Source: an uncultured Pelagibacteraceae bacterium (GTDB lineage Bacteria; Pseudomonadota; Alphaproteobacteria; Pelagibacterales; Pelagibacteraceae). Taken from it: a stretch of 64,000 nt of DNA. Within the stretch, counting starts at the first letter, position 1, and every line of letters begins with the position of its first letter. Shown piece by piece: positions 41,491 through 50,696 of this stretch. The stretch is taken from the NCBI GenBank assembly GCA_902635515.1, contig CACPOD010000003.1, positions 33,669 through 97,668 on the forward strand. Reading direction: 5' to 3'. Below the pieces are notes generated by a model, which was given only the letters and a program-made list of their open reading frames with translations, searched no databases and was not told the DNA's origin. A program made the position numbers and the translations under genes.

Positions 41491-41841
41491 ATGACAAAGC
41501 TCACAACTCATGTTTTAGATGTGTATTCTGGTAAACCTGGCAAAGGTATCATAGTTGATTTGTTTTATATTAATAATTCAGAACGAAAAAAATTAACGTC
41601 AATAAAACTCAATGATGATGGTAGAGCTAATTCACCATTAGCAGAGGGAGATGTTTTCATTAAGGGTAAATATGAATTAATTTTTCATATTGGTGACTAT
41701 TTTAAAAATATATCTTCAGCTAGCGATGTACCATTCTTGGATGATGTTGTTATAAGATTTGGTATTTCAGATCCCTCACAACATTATCATGTTCCTTTAC
41801 TTGTTTCACCTTGGAGTTATTCTACTTATAGAGGTAGTTAA
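41491..41841 (+). CDS. uraH: 5-hydroxyisourate hydrolase
   Basis: LTTHVLD, DGR, HYHVPLL, C-terminal YRGS. Confidence 0.97.
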   Translation: MTKLTTHVLDVYSGKPGKGIIVDLFYINNSERKKLTSIKLNDDGRANSPLAEGDVFIKGKYELIFHIGDYFKNISSASDVPFLDDVVIRFGISDPSQHYHVPLLVSPWSYSTYRGS

Positions 41842-43278
41842 GTGATATCGAGTTCTGTTAAATTTCTATTAAATGATAAGCTTATAGTAATCAAAAATCC
41901 TGATCCAAATCAAACGTTACTTAATTATATTAGAACTGAATTAAAAAAGACCGGAACTAAAGAGGGATGTTCAGAAGGTGGTTGTGGTGCATGTACAATT
42001 GTTTTAGGTGAATTAGTCAATAATAAAATTGAATATAAAGCAATTAATTCTTGTATTTCGTTTGTCCCAACACTGAATGGTAAACAACTTATAATTGTGG
42101 AAGATTTAGTTTCTAAAAATGGACAACTTCATCCGGTGCAAGACGCAATGGTGAAATTTCATGGATCTCAATGTGGTTTCTGCACACCAGGATTTGTCAT
42201 GTCGTTATTTTCAATGTTTAAAAATAACAAAAATCTTAATAATGAATTAATATCAGATTCTATATCCGGTAATTTATGTCGTTGTACTGGTTACAGACCT
42301 ATAATTGATGCTGCAAAAAGTTTAAATAAAATAAATAAAAATGATCAATTTTCTAAAAATAAAAATAAAATTATTCAGCAATTAAAAAAAATTAAAACAA
42401 AAAATATTTATATTAAAAAAGATGATAAGATTTATTTTTCACCAAAAAATATTAAAGATTTAAAAGGTATAATTAAAAAACATACTAATTTTAGTTTTCT
42501 TGCTGGAGGTACCGACTTATCTTTAAAAGTTACAAAAGAGAGAAAAGAAATTCCATTTATAATTGATTTAAAAGAAATTAATGAATTAGATTTTATCAAA
42601 GTAAGTAAAAATTATTTAGAAGTTGGTTCCGCTACACCTTTAATAAAATTTGAAAAAGAAATTAAAAAACATTATCCAGATTTTTATTCGGTTCTTAAGA
42701 GATATGGTTCTGTTCAAATTCGAAATGTGGGAACCATAGGTGGCAATATTGCAACCGCATCTCCAATAGGAGATACATTACCAATTTTACTCTCATTAAA
42801 TGCAGAGGTTTTAATTGAAAGTTTTAATAAAAGAAAAATATTACCTTTAAATAATTTTTTTCTTGGTTACAGAAAAACTAAATTAAAAAACAATGAGTTT
42901 ATACACTCAATTAAAATACCATTATTTAAGAAAAATATTTTTAAGGCATTTAAGATCTCAAAAAGATTTGATGATGATATTTCATCTGTTTGTGGATCTT
43001 TTAATTTTGAGATTAATAATAATAAAATTAAAGAGGTTTATATTGCATATGGAGGTATGGCTGCTGTACCAAAAAGAGCTAAAGCATGTGAAAAAATTCT
43101 TAAAAATAAACCACTTACGATCAATACTTTTGATCAAGCAAAAAAATATTTAGAAAAAGATTTAAGTCCTATTGGAGACATGAGAGCTAGCAAAGAATAC
43201 AGATTAGAGATAGCAAAAAATTTATTAATGAAATGTTTTGTAGAAATAAATTTAAATAAGTTATCAAGAGTAAACTAA
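41842..43278 (+). CDS. xdhA: Xanthine dehydrogenase small subunit (2Fe-2S/FAD)
   Basis: KEGCSEGGCGAC, SQCGFCTPG, NLCRCTGY, AGGTD, KISKRFDDDIS. Confidence 0.96.
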   Translation: MISSSVKFLLNDKLIVIKNPDPNQTLLNYIRTELKKTGTKEGCSEGGCGACTIVLGELVNNKIEYKAINSCISFVPTLNGKQLIIVEDLVSKNGQLHPVQDAMVKFHGSQCGFCTPGFVMSLFSMFKNNKNLNNELISDSISGNLCRCTGYRPIIDAAKSLNKINKNDQFSKNKNKIIQQLKKIKTKNIYIKKDDKIYFSPKNIKDLKGIIKKHTNFSFLAGGTDLSLKVTKERKEIPFIIDLKEINELDFIKVSKNYLEVGSATPLIKFEKEIKKHYPDFYSVLKRYGSVQIRNVGTIGGNIATASPIGDTLPILLSLNAEVLIESFNKRKILPLNNFFLGYRKTKLKNNEFIHSIKIPLFKKNIFKAFKISKRFDDDISSVCGSFNFEINNNKIKEVYIAYGGMAAVPKRAKACEKILKNKPLTINTFDQAKKYLEKDLSPIGDMRASKEYRLEIAKNLLMKCFVEINLNKLSRVN

Positions 43279-45582
43279 ATGAGCAAAGAGAACTATATTG
43301 AGGAAATAAGACCACATGACAGCGCCTATAAGCATGTAAGTGGATATGCAGAGTATACTGATGATATTAATGAACCAAAAAATACAATTTATGGCGCTAT
43401 TGGTTTAAGCAAAAAAGCCCATGCAATAATCAAAAATATAGACTTAACCGAGGTAAAAAAAAGTGAAGGAGTAATATCAATAGTTACTCAAAGAGATATC
43501 CCTGGTAGGAATGATGTGGGTCCAGTTTTTGATGGTGATCCAATTTTTCCAGAAAAAAAAGTTGAGTTTTTTGGTCAGCCATTATTTGCTGTAGCTGCTA
43601 CAACTACAGAGCTTGCTAGAAAGGCAGTATTAAAAGCCAAAATTACCTATAAAGATTTAAAACCTGTTATTACAATTAAAGAAGCTCTAAATAAAAGGCA
43701 ATTTTTATTTAAACCTAGAAAAATTAAAAAAGGTAACCCTTCAAAAAAAATAAAAAATTCAAAAAATAATTTAAAAGGAAATTTTACAACTGGAAGCCAA
43801 GAGCACTTTTATTTAGAGGGCCAGACAGCTTTTGTTGTTCCTAAAGAGGATGATAATTTTTTAGTTTATAGTTCAACACAACATCCATCAGAAACTCAAC
43901 AATTAATTGCAAAAATGTTTAATCAAAAAAGTAACTCAATAAATGTTGAAGTTAGAAGAATAGGAGGTGGTTTTGGAGGAAAGGAAACAAATTTCATGAC
44001 AGCATGCATTTGTGCATTGTTGGCAAGAAAATCAGGTCAACCAGTTAAATTAAGATTGGATAGAGATGATGATATAATTTTAACTGGTAAGAGACATGAA
44101 TTTTTATCTGAATATGAAGTTGGTTTTAATGATCAAGGTATCATTGAAGGGCTAAAATTAAATTTATCTTCTAATTGTGGAATGTCACCCGATTTATCAG
44201 CAGCAATAAACGAGAGAGCTTTGCTTCATGTGGACAATGCATATTATATTTCAGATATCGAGGTAACAAATAATTTATGTAAAACAAATATTCCAACCTC
44301 AACTGCATTTAGAGGCTTTGGTGGTAATCAAGGGATGATGGCTATAGAAAATATTATAGATAATATAGCAAGGTACTTAAAAAAAGATCCTATAGAGGTT
44401 AGAAAGAAAAATTTTTATCAAAAAGATAAAAAGAATGTAACTCATTATGGAATGACGGTTGAAGATAATGTCATTAATGAAATATTTAAAAATTTAGAAA
44501 GTAAATCTAATTATAAGAAAAGATATTCGGATATAAGAAAATTTAATGAAAAAAATAAGTTTAAAAAGAAAGGTATAGCTATTACACCTTTAAAATTTGG
44601 TATTTCATTTACTACAATTCACTTAAATCAAGCTGGAGCTTTAGTTCATATTTATACAGATGGAAGTGTTCATTTGAATCATGGAGGCATTGAAATGGGT
44701 CAGGGAACTCATACAAAGATTGCTCAATTAGTGGCAAACTCTCTAGGATTACCATATAATTTAGTTCATATCTCATCAACAAATACAGCCAAGGTTCCAA
44801 ATACTTCAGCTAGCGCAGCTTCTTCAACTACAGACCTTAATGGAGCAGCAGCTCTAAATGCAGTAGCAAAAATTAAATTGAATTTAGAAAAATTTATTAA
44901 GAAAAAATATAAGATCTACAATCAAGAGGCAGTTTATAAAGACCAATACATAATATTTGGAAACAGACAATTTGAATTTAAAAGCATAATTCAAGAGGCA
45001 TATTTAAACAGAATTTCTCTTTCATCATCAGGCTTCTATTCAACACCAAAAATTAATTTTGATAAAAAAAAATTTAGAGGAAGACCTTTTTATTACTTTT
45101 GTTACGGAGCAGCTGTTTCGGAAGTAACTGTAGATACATTGACTGGTGAAAACATGCTGGAAAGAGTGGATATCTTACATGATGCTGGGAAACCAATAAA
45201 TCCAGCACTAGAACTGGGCCAGATAGAGGGCGGTTTTGTACAAGGACAAGGTTGGCTTACAATTGAGGAATTGAAGTGGAAATCAGATGGCCAGATTACA
45301 ACTTTTTCTCCATCGACTTACAAAATACCTGCAGTAAGTGATATTCCAAAAAAATTTAATGTAGAAATTTTTAAAGAAGGATTAAATAAAGAAAAAGTTG
45401 TTAATAAAGCAAAAACAACTGGTGAACCCCCTTTGATGCTAGCCATGAGTGTTTTTTATGCAATAAAAGATGCAGTTGCTTCAATTGGAAATTATCAGTT
45501 TGCACCAGAACTAAATGCACCAGCAACCCCTGAAAGAATTTTAATGAGCATTAACAAAATTAAAAATAAAATAAAAAATTAA
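43279..45582 (+). CDS. xdhB: Xanthine dehydrogenase molybdopterin subunit
   Basis: QEHFYLEGQ, GGGFGGKE, TAFRGFGG, EMGQG, GQIEGG, GEPP catalytic Glu. Confidence 0.96.
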   Translation: MSKENYIEEIRPHDSAYKHVSGYAEYTDDINEPKNTIYGAIGLSKKAHAIIKNIDLTEVKKSEGVISIVTQRDIPGRNDVGPVFDGDPIFPEKKVEFFGQPLFAVAATTTELARKAVLKAKITYKDLKPVITIKEALNKRQFLFKPRKIKKGNPSKKIKNSKNNLKGNFTTGSQEHFYLEGQTAFVVPKEDDNFLVYSSTQHPSETQQLIAKMFNQKSNSINVEVRRIGGGFGGKETNFMTACICALLARKSGQPVKLRLDRDDDIILTGKRHEFLSEYEVGFNDQGIIEGLKLNLSSNCGMSPDLSAAINERALLHVDNAYYISDIEVTNNLCKTNIPTSTAFRGFGGNQGMMAIENIIDNIARYLKKDPIEVRKKNFYQKDKKNVTHYGMTVEDNVINEIFKNLESKSNYKKRYSDIRKFNEKNKFKKKGIAITPLKFGISFTTIHLNQAGALVHIYTDGSVHLNHGGIEMGQGTHTKIAQLVANSLGLPYNLVHISSTNTAKVPNTSASAASSTTDLNGAAALNAVAKIKLNLEKFIKKKYKIYNQEAVYKDQYIIFGNRQFEFKSIIQEAYLNRISLSSSGFYSTPKINFDKKKFRGRPFYYFCYGAAVSEVTVDTLTGENMLERVDILHDAGKPINPALELGQIEGGFVQGQGWLTIEELKWKSDGQITTFSPSTYKIPAVSDIPKKFNVEIFKEGLNKEKVVNKAKTTGEPPLMLAMSVFYAIKDAVASIGNYQFAPELNAPATPERILMSINKIKNKIKN

Positions 45583-45583
45583 A

Positions 45584-46054
45584 ATGGAAGATAAAAAAAA
45601 ATTTATGGCAAAAGCTATTGAACTTTCAATAAATAGTGCAAATACAATTGGCGGTCCCTTTGGAAGTGTTATAGTTAAGGATGATAAGATTATTGCAGAG
45701 GGTTCAAATAAAGTTACTTCTTCAAATGATCCAACTGCTCATGGAGAAATAGTAGCAATTAGGGAAGCCTGTAAAAATTTAAATACTTTTGATCTCTCTG
45801 GATGCGAGATTTATACATCTTGTGAACCTTGTCCGATGTGTCTCTCAGCAATTTATTGGTCAAGATTAGATAAAATATATTATGCAAATACTAGAGAAGA
45901 TGCAAAAAATATAGATTTCGATGACTCCTTTATTTATACAGAAATCCCAAAAAAAATTGATGATAGGAAAATTAAAATGGTTCAAATGCTCAGAGATGAA
46001 GCTTTAAAAGCATTTGAAATTTGGGATAAAAAAGTAGATAAAATAAAATATTAA
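45584..46054 (+). CDS. guaD: Guanine deaminase (cytidine-deaminase superfamily)
   Basis: GGPFG, DPTAHGE, SCEPCPMC, FDDSFIY, C-terminal Tyr; follows xdhB. Confidence 0.88.
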   Translation: MEDKKKFMAKAIELSINSANTIGGPFGSVIVKDDKIIAEGSNKVTSSNDPTAHGEIVAIREACKNLNTFDLSGCEIYTSCEPCPMCLSAIYWSRLDKIYYANTREDAKNIDFDDSFIYTEIPKKIDDRKIKMVQMLRDEALKAFEIWDKKVDKIKY

Positions 46055-46962
46055 TGGAATTTTTACCTTATACAATAAAATGGTTAGAAGTTATTCTTAG
46101 ATGGGGCCATGTATTATTTGCAATATTATGGGTAGGTAATAGTTTTTTATTTAATTACTTAGATAATAATTTAAATAAAAATATAACAAGTGATGATATC
46201 GATGGTGAAGGATATCTGATGCATTCAGGTTTTTTTTACAAACTTTCAAGGTTAAAAACATCTCCACCCCAGGATTACTTAAATAGATTGGTAATCTTTA
46301 AGTGGCAAAGTTACTTAACTTTTGTAACTGGAATGTTGCTATTAGTTGTAATTTACTATTATAACGCTGGAGTATTGATGGTTGATAAGCGTGTTCTGTT
46401 AATGCCTCCAAGTTATGCTATTATTATTTCGCTTTTATCATTGATTGTAGCTTGGTTTATTTATGATCTTTTATGTAAATCAAAATTAATTGAAAATAAT
46501 ATTTTATTTATATCCTTAGGAATAATTTTGTTAGCAGTTGTTTCATTTGGACTTACAAAACTATTTGGACCGAAATTTGCAATTTTAAGTGTTGGATTAA
46601 TCATTGGTACTAATATGTTTGGTAATGTTTTTACAGTAATTATACCCAATCAAATGAACATAATAAGTAGTAGTGAAAGAGGTGAAAAATTTGATATGAG
46701 TCTGTCTCTAGCAGCTAAACAGAGATCAATTCATAATAATTATTCCACTTTTTTAGTTTTGTTTATAATGCTTTCAGGGCATTCGAGCTTTTTAGTTTAT
46801 CATCAATATAATTGGTTAATATTGTGTGCGATTGCTGTTATTTCTGGTGTAGCAAGACATTATTTTAATTTAAGAGGGAGAAACATTCATAGGTTGTATA
46901 TTTTAATATACTCAATAATAGCACTTATCGTTCTTGCAGTTTTAGTTTTATTATTTAAATAA
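46054..46962 (+). CDS. puuD: Urate oxidase PuuD membrane domain (DUF989), no cytochrome c domain
   Basis: RWGH..WVGNSF, FKWQSY, NVFTVIIPNQ, AKQRSIHNNY, RHYFN; no CxxCH in the protein. Confidence 0.88.
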   Translation: MEFLPYTIKWLEVILRWGHVLFAILWVGNSFLFNYLDNNLNKNITSDDIDGEGYLMHSGFFYKLSRLKTSPPQDYLNRLVIFKWQSYLTFVTGMLLLVVIYYYNAGVLMVDKRVLLMPPSYAIIISLLSLIVAWFIYDLLCKSKLIENNILFISLGIILLAVVSFGLTKLFGPKFAILSVGLIIGTNMFGNVFTVIIPNQMNIISSSERGEKFDMSLSLAAKQRSIHNNYSTFLVLFIMLSGHSSFLVYHQYNWLILCAIAVISGVARHYFNLRGRNIHRLYILIYSIIALIVLAVLVLLFK

Positions 46963-46978
46963 ATAGATATAAAAAATT

Positions 46979-47503
46979 ATGTCTGAAAAAATGATTGTCA
47001 GCTGGGACGAGTACAATAAAACTGTTGAGAAGCTTGCAATCCAAATTGATGAGAGCGGATATAAACCAACCATACTAATTGGCATCATGCGTGGAGCAGC
47101 GCCGATGATAGATGTTTTAAGTAGAATTTTTAAATTAAAATGTGCGTATCTTGCCGTTGAATCTTACAGTGGTAAGGGAGTAGAGGATGAGCAAGGTGAT
47201 ATTGTGTTTTCAAGAGAAATGAGTTCGATAGCACCTAATATGGGTGGAAAAATACTTTTATGTGATGATTTATCTGACACAGGAATTACTTTTAACAAAA
47301 GTATAGATTGGTTAAAAAAATACGAACCCATTAAGGATAAAATAGAAGACATTAAAACTGCAACATTATTTAAAAAAAAGAAATCAACATTTGAGCCAGA
47401 CTTCTGTGCAAATAGACTTCCTGATAATCCTTGGATAGTACAACCCTTCGAAGTTTATGAAGAATTAAGGATTGAACAAATCAAAAAAAAACATCAGATA
47501 TAA
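46979..47503 (+). CDS. Purine phosphoribosyltransferase (xanthine/guanine PRT-like)
   Basis: VSW, GIMRG, LLCDDLSDTGIT PRPP-binding loop, WIVQPFE. Confidence 0.85.
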   Translation: MSEKMIVSWDEYNKTVEKLAIQIDESGYKPTILIGIMRGAAPMIDVLSRIFKLKCAYLAVESYSGKGVEDEQGDIVFSREMSSIAPNMGGKILLCDDLSDTGITFNKSIDWLKKYEPIKDKIEDIKTATLFKKKKSTFEPDFCANRLPDNPWIVQPFEVYEELRIEQIKKKHQI

Positions 47504-47531
47504 AAAAGGCCAGTTAAAAAACCGGCCTTTT
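47503..47531. terminator. Bidirectional intrinsic terminator between the convergent PRTase and BMP genes
   Basis: AAAAGGCC-AGTT-AAAA-AACC-GGCCTTTT inverted repeat with A and T tracts on both sides. Confidence 0.8.
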
Positions 47532-47554
47532 AAATTTTTTAAATTGAAAACTGA

Positions 47555-48625
47555 TTACTTAGGTATATCTCCTTCAACACCTTTAACATAAGTCATCATT
47601 CCTGCAAGCATTCCATCATCTGCAGTTTTTCCTTCAGCAACCATCAAGTTACCTTTCTGGTCATAAATTGGTCCTGTGAAAGAATGAACTTTTCCAGATG
47701 CTAAATCTGCCTGAAGTTTTTTAACTTTTGATCTCAGGTCAGCTGGCATTTGTGAATCTAAATCTGATATCACAACCATACCATCTCCAATACCATGCCA
47801 AGTATCTTTTTGACTCCATGTACCATTTGCAACTGCTTTAACTCTGTCTACGTAATATGGTCCCCAATTGTTCTCAACTGAAGTTAATACAGCTTTAGGA
47901 GCAAACTTGTCCATATCACTTGCTTGTCCAAAAGCATATACTCCAGCTTTTTCAGCCATTTGAACAATAGCAGTACTATCTGTATGTTGAGCAATTACAT
48001 CAGCACCTTGATCGATTAAAGCTTTTGCTGCCTCTGCTTCTTTACCCGGATCATACCAAGTGAAAGCCCAAACAATTTTAGTTTTAATATTTGGGTTAAC
48101 TTTTTGAGCTGCTAAAGTAAATGAATTGATACCTCTGATAACTTCAGGAATTGGAAAAGATGCAACATAACCAATAATATTTGATTTTGTCATAGTTCCA
48201 GCAATTGTTCCTAAGATAGTTCTACCTTCATAGAATCTAGCTGCGTATGTTGAAACATTTGGATGTTCTCTTTTGTATCCAGTAGCATGTTCAAATTTTA
48301 CATTTGGAAACTCTTTTGCAACTTTGTTAGTTGGATTCATATATCCAAAACTAGTTGTAAAGATAACATCATGACCAGAGTTAGCTAATTGTCTAAGAAC
48401 CCTCTCAGCATCGGCACTTTCTGGAACACCTTCTACGTAAGTTGTTTTAAATCCGGCAGCTTCAACAGCTTTTCTACCTACATCATGCTGATATGTCCAT
48501 CCATGGTCACCAGTTGGACCAATATAAACAAATGCTGCCTTAACATCTTTGGCAACTGCAGCTACAGTTAATGTAAATAATAAAACTAAAGAAGAGACGA
48601 AAGATCGAATTAAAAATTTATGCAT
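47555..48625 (-). CDS. BMP/PnrA-family ABC substrate-binding protein (purine/nucleoside)
   Basis: GDHGWTYQH, TSFGYM, FEHATG, IPEVIRGIN, WYDP, QHTDS; Sec signal without lipobox; AGGGG SD. Confidence 0.92.
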   Translation of the reverse strand: MHKFLIRSFVSSLVLLFTLTVAAVAKDVKAAFVYIGPTGDHGWTYQHDVGRKAVEAAGFKTTYVEGVPESADAERVLRQLANSGHDVIFTTSFGYMNPTNKVAKEFPNVKFEHATGYKREHPNVSTYAARFYEGRTILGTIAGTMTKSNIIGYVASFPIPEVIRGINSFTLAAQKVNPNIKTKIVWAFTWYDPGKEAEAAKALIDQGADVIAQHTDSTAIVQMAEKAGVYAFGQASDMDKFAPKAVLTSVENNWGPYYVDRVKAVANGTWSQKDTWHGIGDGMVVISDLDSQMPADLRSKVKKLQADLASGKVHSFTGPIYDQKGNLMVAEGKTADDGMLAGMMTYVKGVEGDIPK

Positions 48626-48702
48626 AAATTTATTTCCCCTTTTGATTTTTTAGTTATTTAAATTTAGATTAAATTATCTTAAAAAAAATAATTATTTTAG
48701 AA

Positions 48703-49635
48703 TTAATTGTCTTTATGAAAAGATTTCCCCAGAGAACTAGGAGTACTTAGCCTAATTTTTCTACTATCACGAGAAATTACAACTAAAACTATTATTGTAA
48801 CGATGTAAGGTAGAGCTGTTAAAAATTGCACAGGAATTCTTACTCCAATTGCTTGCATATGAAATTGAATAATTGTTAACCCGCCAAAAATCATAGCACC
48901 AATCAAAATTTTAATAGGATTCCAGGTTGAGAAAACTACCAGAGCCAATGCGATCCAACCTCTTCCACCTGTCATATTTTCAATCCACTGAGGAGTATAA
49001 ATCATGGATAAATAAGCACCAGCAAGTCCACTCATTGCGCCTCCATAAAGTATACAAGCGTAACGAACTAGCCTAACATTTATTCCTTGATTAGATGCAG
49101 ACTCAGGTGAGTCTCCTACAGCTCTTACAATTAATCCAATTTTCGTTTTTTTTAAAAAATAGCTAGTTATGAAGGGAAGGGCAAAAGCAAAATAAAAAAC
49201 AATTGAATGTCCAAATAATATTGGACCTAAAAGTGGTATTGTATCTTTTAAACCCTCAAACAAAACAGGAAACTCTTTTCCAGGAATACCTACAAAATTT
49301 TTTCCTATCATCGCAGAAATACCAATTCCAAATATGGTAAGCGCCAAACCAGTAGCAACATGATTTGTGATCAATGTTTGCGTCAGGAATGCAAAAATAG
49401 TTGAAATTAAAACTCCAGCTAACATTGCACCAAAAATTGCAATAATTAAACTTCCTGTAACAGTCATTAATGCGAAACCTGAAATAGCACCAATAATCAT
49501 CATTCCTTCAACACCAAGGTTTAAAACTCCAGACCTTTCTGTAATCAGTTCTCCACAAGACGCTAGGATTAAAGGAACAGCGGAGGCCATGATTGATGCA
49601 ATTATCAGTCCAATAAAATTTATATCGATGATCAT
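48703..49635 (-). CDS. Nucleoside ABC transporter permease
   Basis: ERSGVLNLGVEGMM, RAVGD, GRGWIALALV, LPY. Confidence 0.92.
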   Translation of the reverse strand: MIIDINFIGLIIASIMASAVPLILASCGELITERSGVLNLGVEGMMIIGAISGFALMTVTGSLIIAIFGAMLAGVLISTIFAFLTQTLITNHVATGLALTIFGIGISAMIGKNFVGIPGKEFPVLFEGLKDTIPLLGPILFGHSIVFYFAFALPFITSYFLKKTKIGLIVRAVGDSPESASNQGINVRLVRYACILYGGAMSGLAGAYLSMIYTPQWIENMTGGRGWIALALVVFSTWNPIKILIGAMIFGGLTIIQFHMQAIGVRIPVQFLTALPYIVTIIVLVVISRDSRKIRLSTPSSLGKSFHKDN

Positions 49636-50696
49636 TTTTTTAAACCTATAAATTTAATTTTGAAAAAAAGTAAATAATCTGATGCAAGAAGAAAAAATAA
49701 AATCATTCCTTGAAAAACCTGACCAGTATATTTAGGTATTTGCATAAATATTTGAGCTGTCTCAGCACCCAGATAAGTTATTGCAACAACTAGAGATGCA
49801 AAGATAATACCGACAGGATGTAAACGACCCAAAAACGCTACAATTATAGCAGTAAAACCATAATCTGGAGAAATTTCTCTATGAAGCTGTCCAATAGGTC
49901 CAGTTATTTCTCCAACTCCAGCTAAACCTGCGCAAGCACCACTTATTAGAAAAACAAGGATGATCATTTTTTTACCTTTGTATCCGGCATATTTTGCTGT
50001 CTTTAAACTAAAACCCGAAACTTTCATTTGGAACCCTAAATACGTTTTATAAAAAATAAACCAACTGATAACCACTGCAGCTAAAGCTAAAAATATTCCC
50101 GCGTGAATTCTCAGTCCTTCAAATAACAACGGAAGTTTAGCAGAGTCACTGAACTGTCTAGTTTCAGGAAAATTAAACCCCTCTGGATTACTCCAAGGGC
50201 CAACAACAAGATAGTCTAAAATTAATTTTGAGACATATACCAACATAAGACTTACTAATATTTCATTTGTATTAAAGTAAGTTTTTAAGATTGCGGGTAT
50301 TGATGCATACAGCATACCACCGATTGCACCAGCTAAAATTACTGTTGGAAGAATGTAAAATCCTTCTTGCTCATAAAACAATAATGCAACTCCTCCAGAA
50401 ACTATCGCCCCGAAAGTTAATTGTCCTTCGGCTCCAATATTCCAGTTATTACTTTTAAAACAAAAAGATAAACCGATTGCTATTAAACAAAGAGGTGTAG
50501 CTTTTAATAGTAATTCGCTGAAACCATATTTATCTGCAATTGGAACTATGAAAAAAAATTTAAGAGCTTCAAATGGTTTAAAACCTAAAATAAAAAAAAT
50601 CAAACCTCCCGCTACTAATGTTAGAATAATAGCTAATACGGGTGTAAAGAAAAAAATAGCTCTTGATGGTTGATCTCTTTTTACGATTTTAATCAA
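49632..50696 (-). CDS. Nucleoside ABC transporter permease
   Basis: WNIGAEGQ, NEILVSLML, YGFTAIIVAFLGRLHP. Confidence 0.92.
   Translation of the reverse strand: MIKIVKRDQPSRAIFFFTPVLAIILTLVAGGLIFFILGFKPFEALKFFFIVPIADKYGFSELLLKATPLCLIAIGLSFCFKSNNWNIGAEGQLTFGAIVSGGVALLFYEQEGFYILPTVILAGAIGGMLYASIPAILKTYFNTNEILVSLMLVYVSKLILDYLVVGPWSNPEGFNFPETRQFSDSAKLPLLFEGLRIHAGIFLALAAVVISWFIFYKTYLGFQMKVSGFSLKTAKYAGYKGKKMIILVFLISGACAGLAGVGEITGPIGQLHREISPDYGFTAIIVAFLGRLHPVGIIFASLVVAITYLGAETAQIFMQIPKYTGQVFQGMILFFLLASDYLLFFKIKFIGLKK

Noticed and set aside
46960-46980. PuuD truncation as a frameshift or sequencing error
   Set aside because: No CxxCH remnant downstream and an intact PRTase starts 16 bp after the stop
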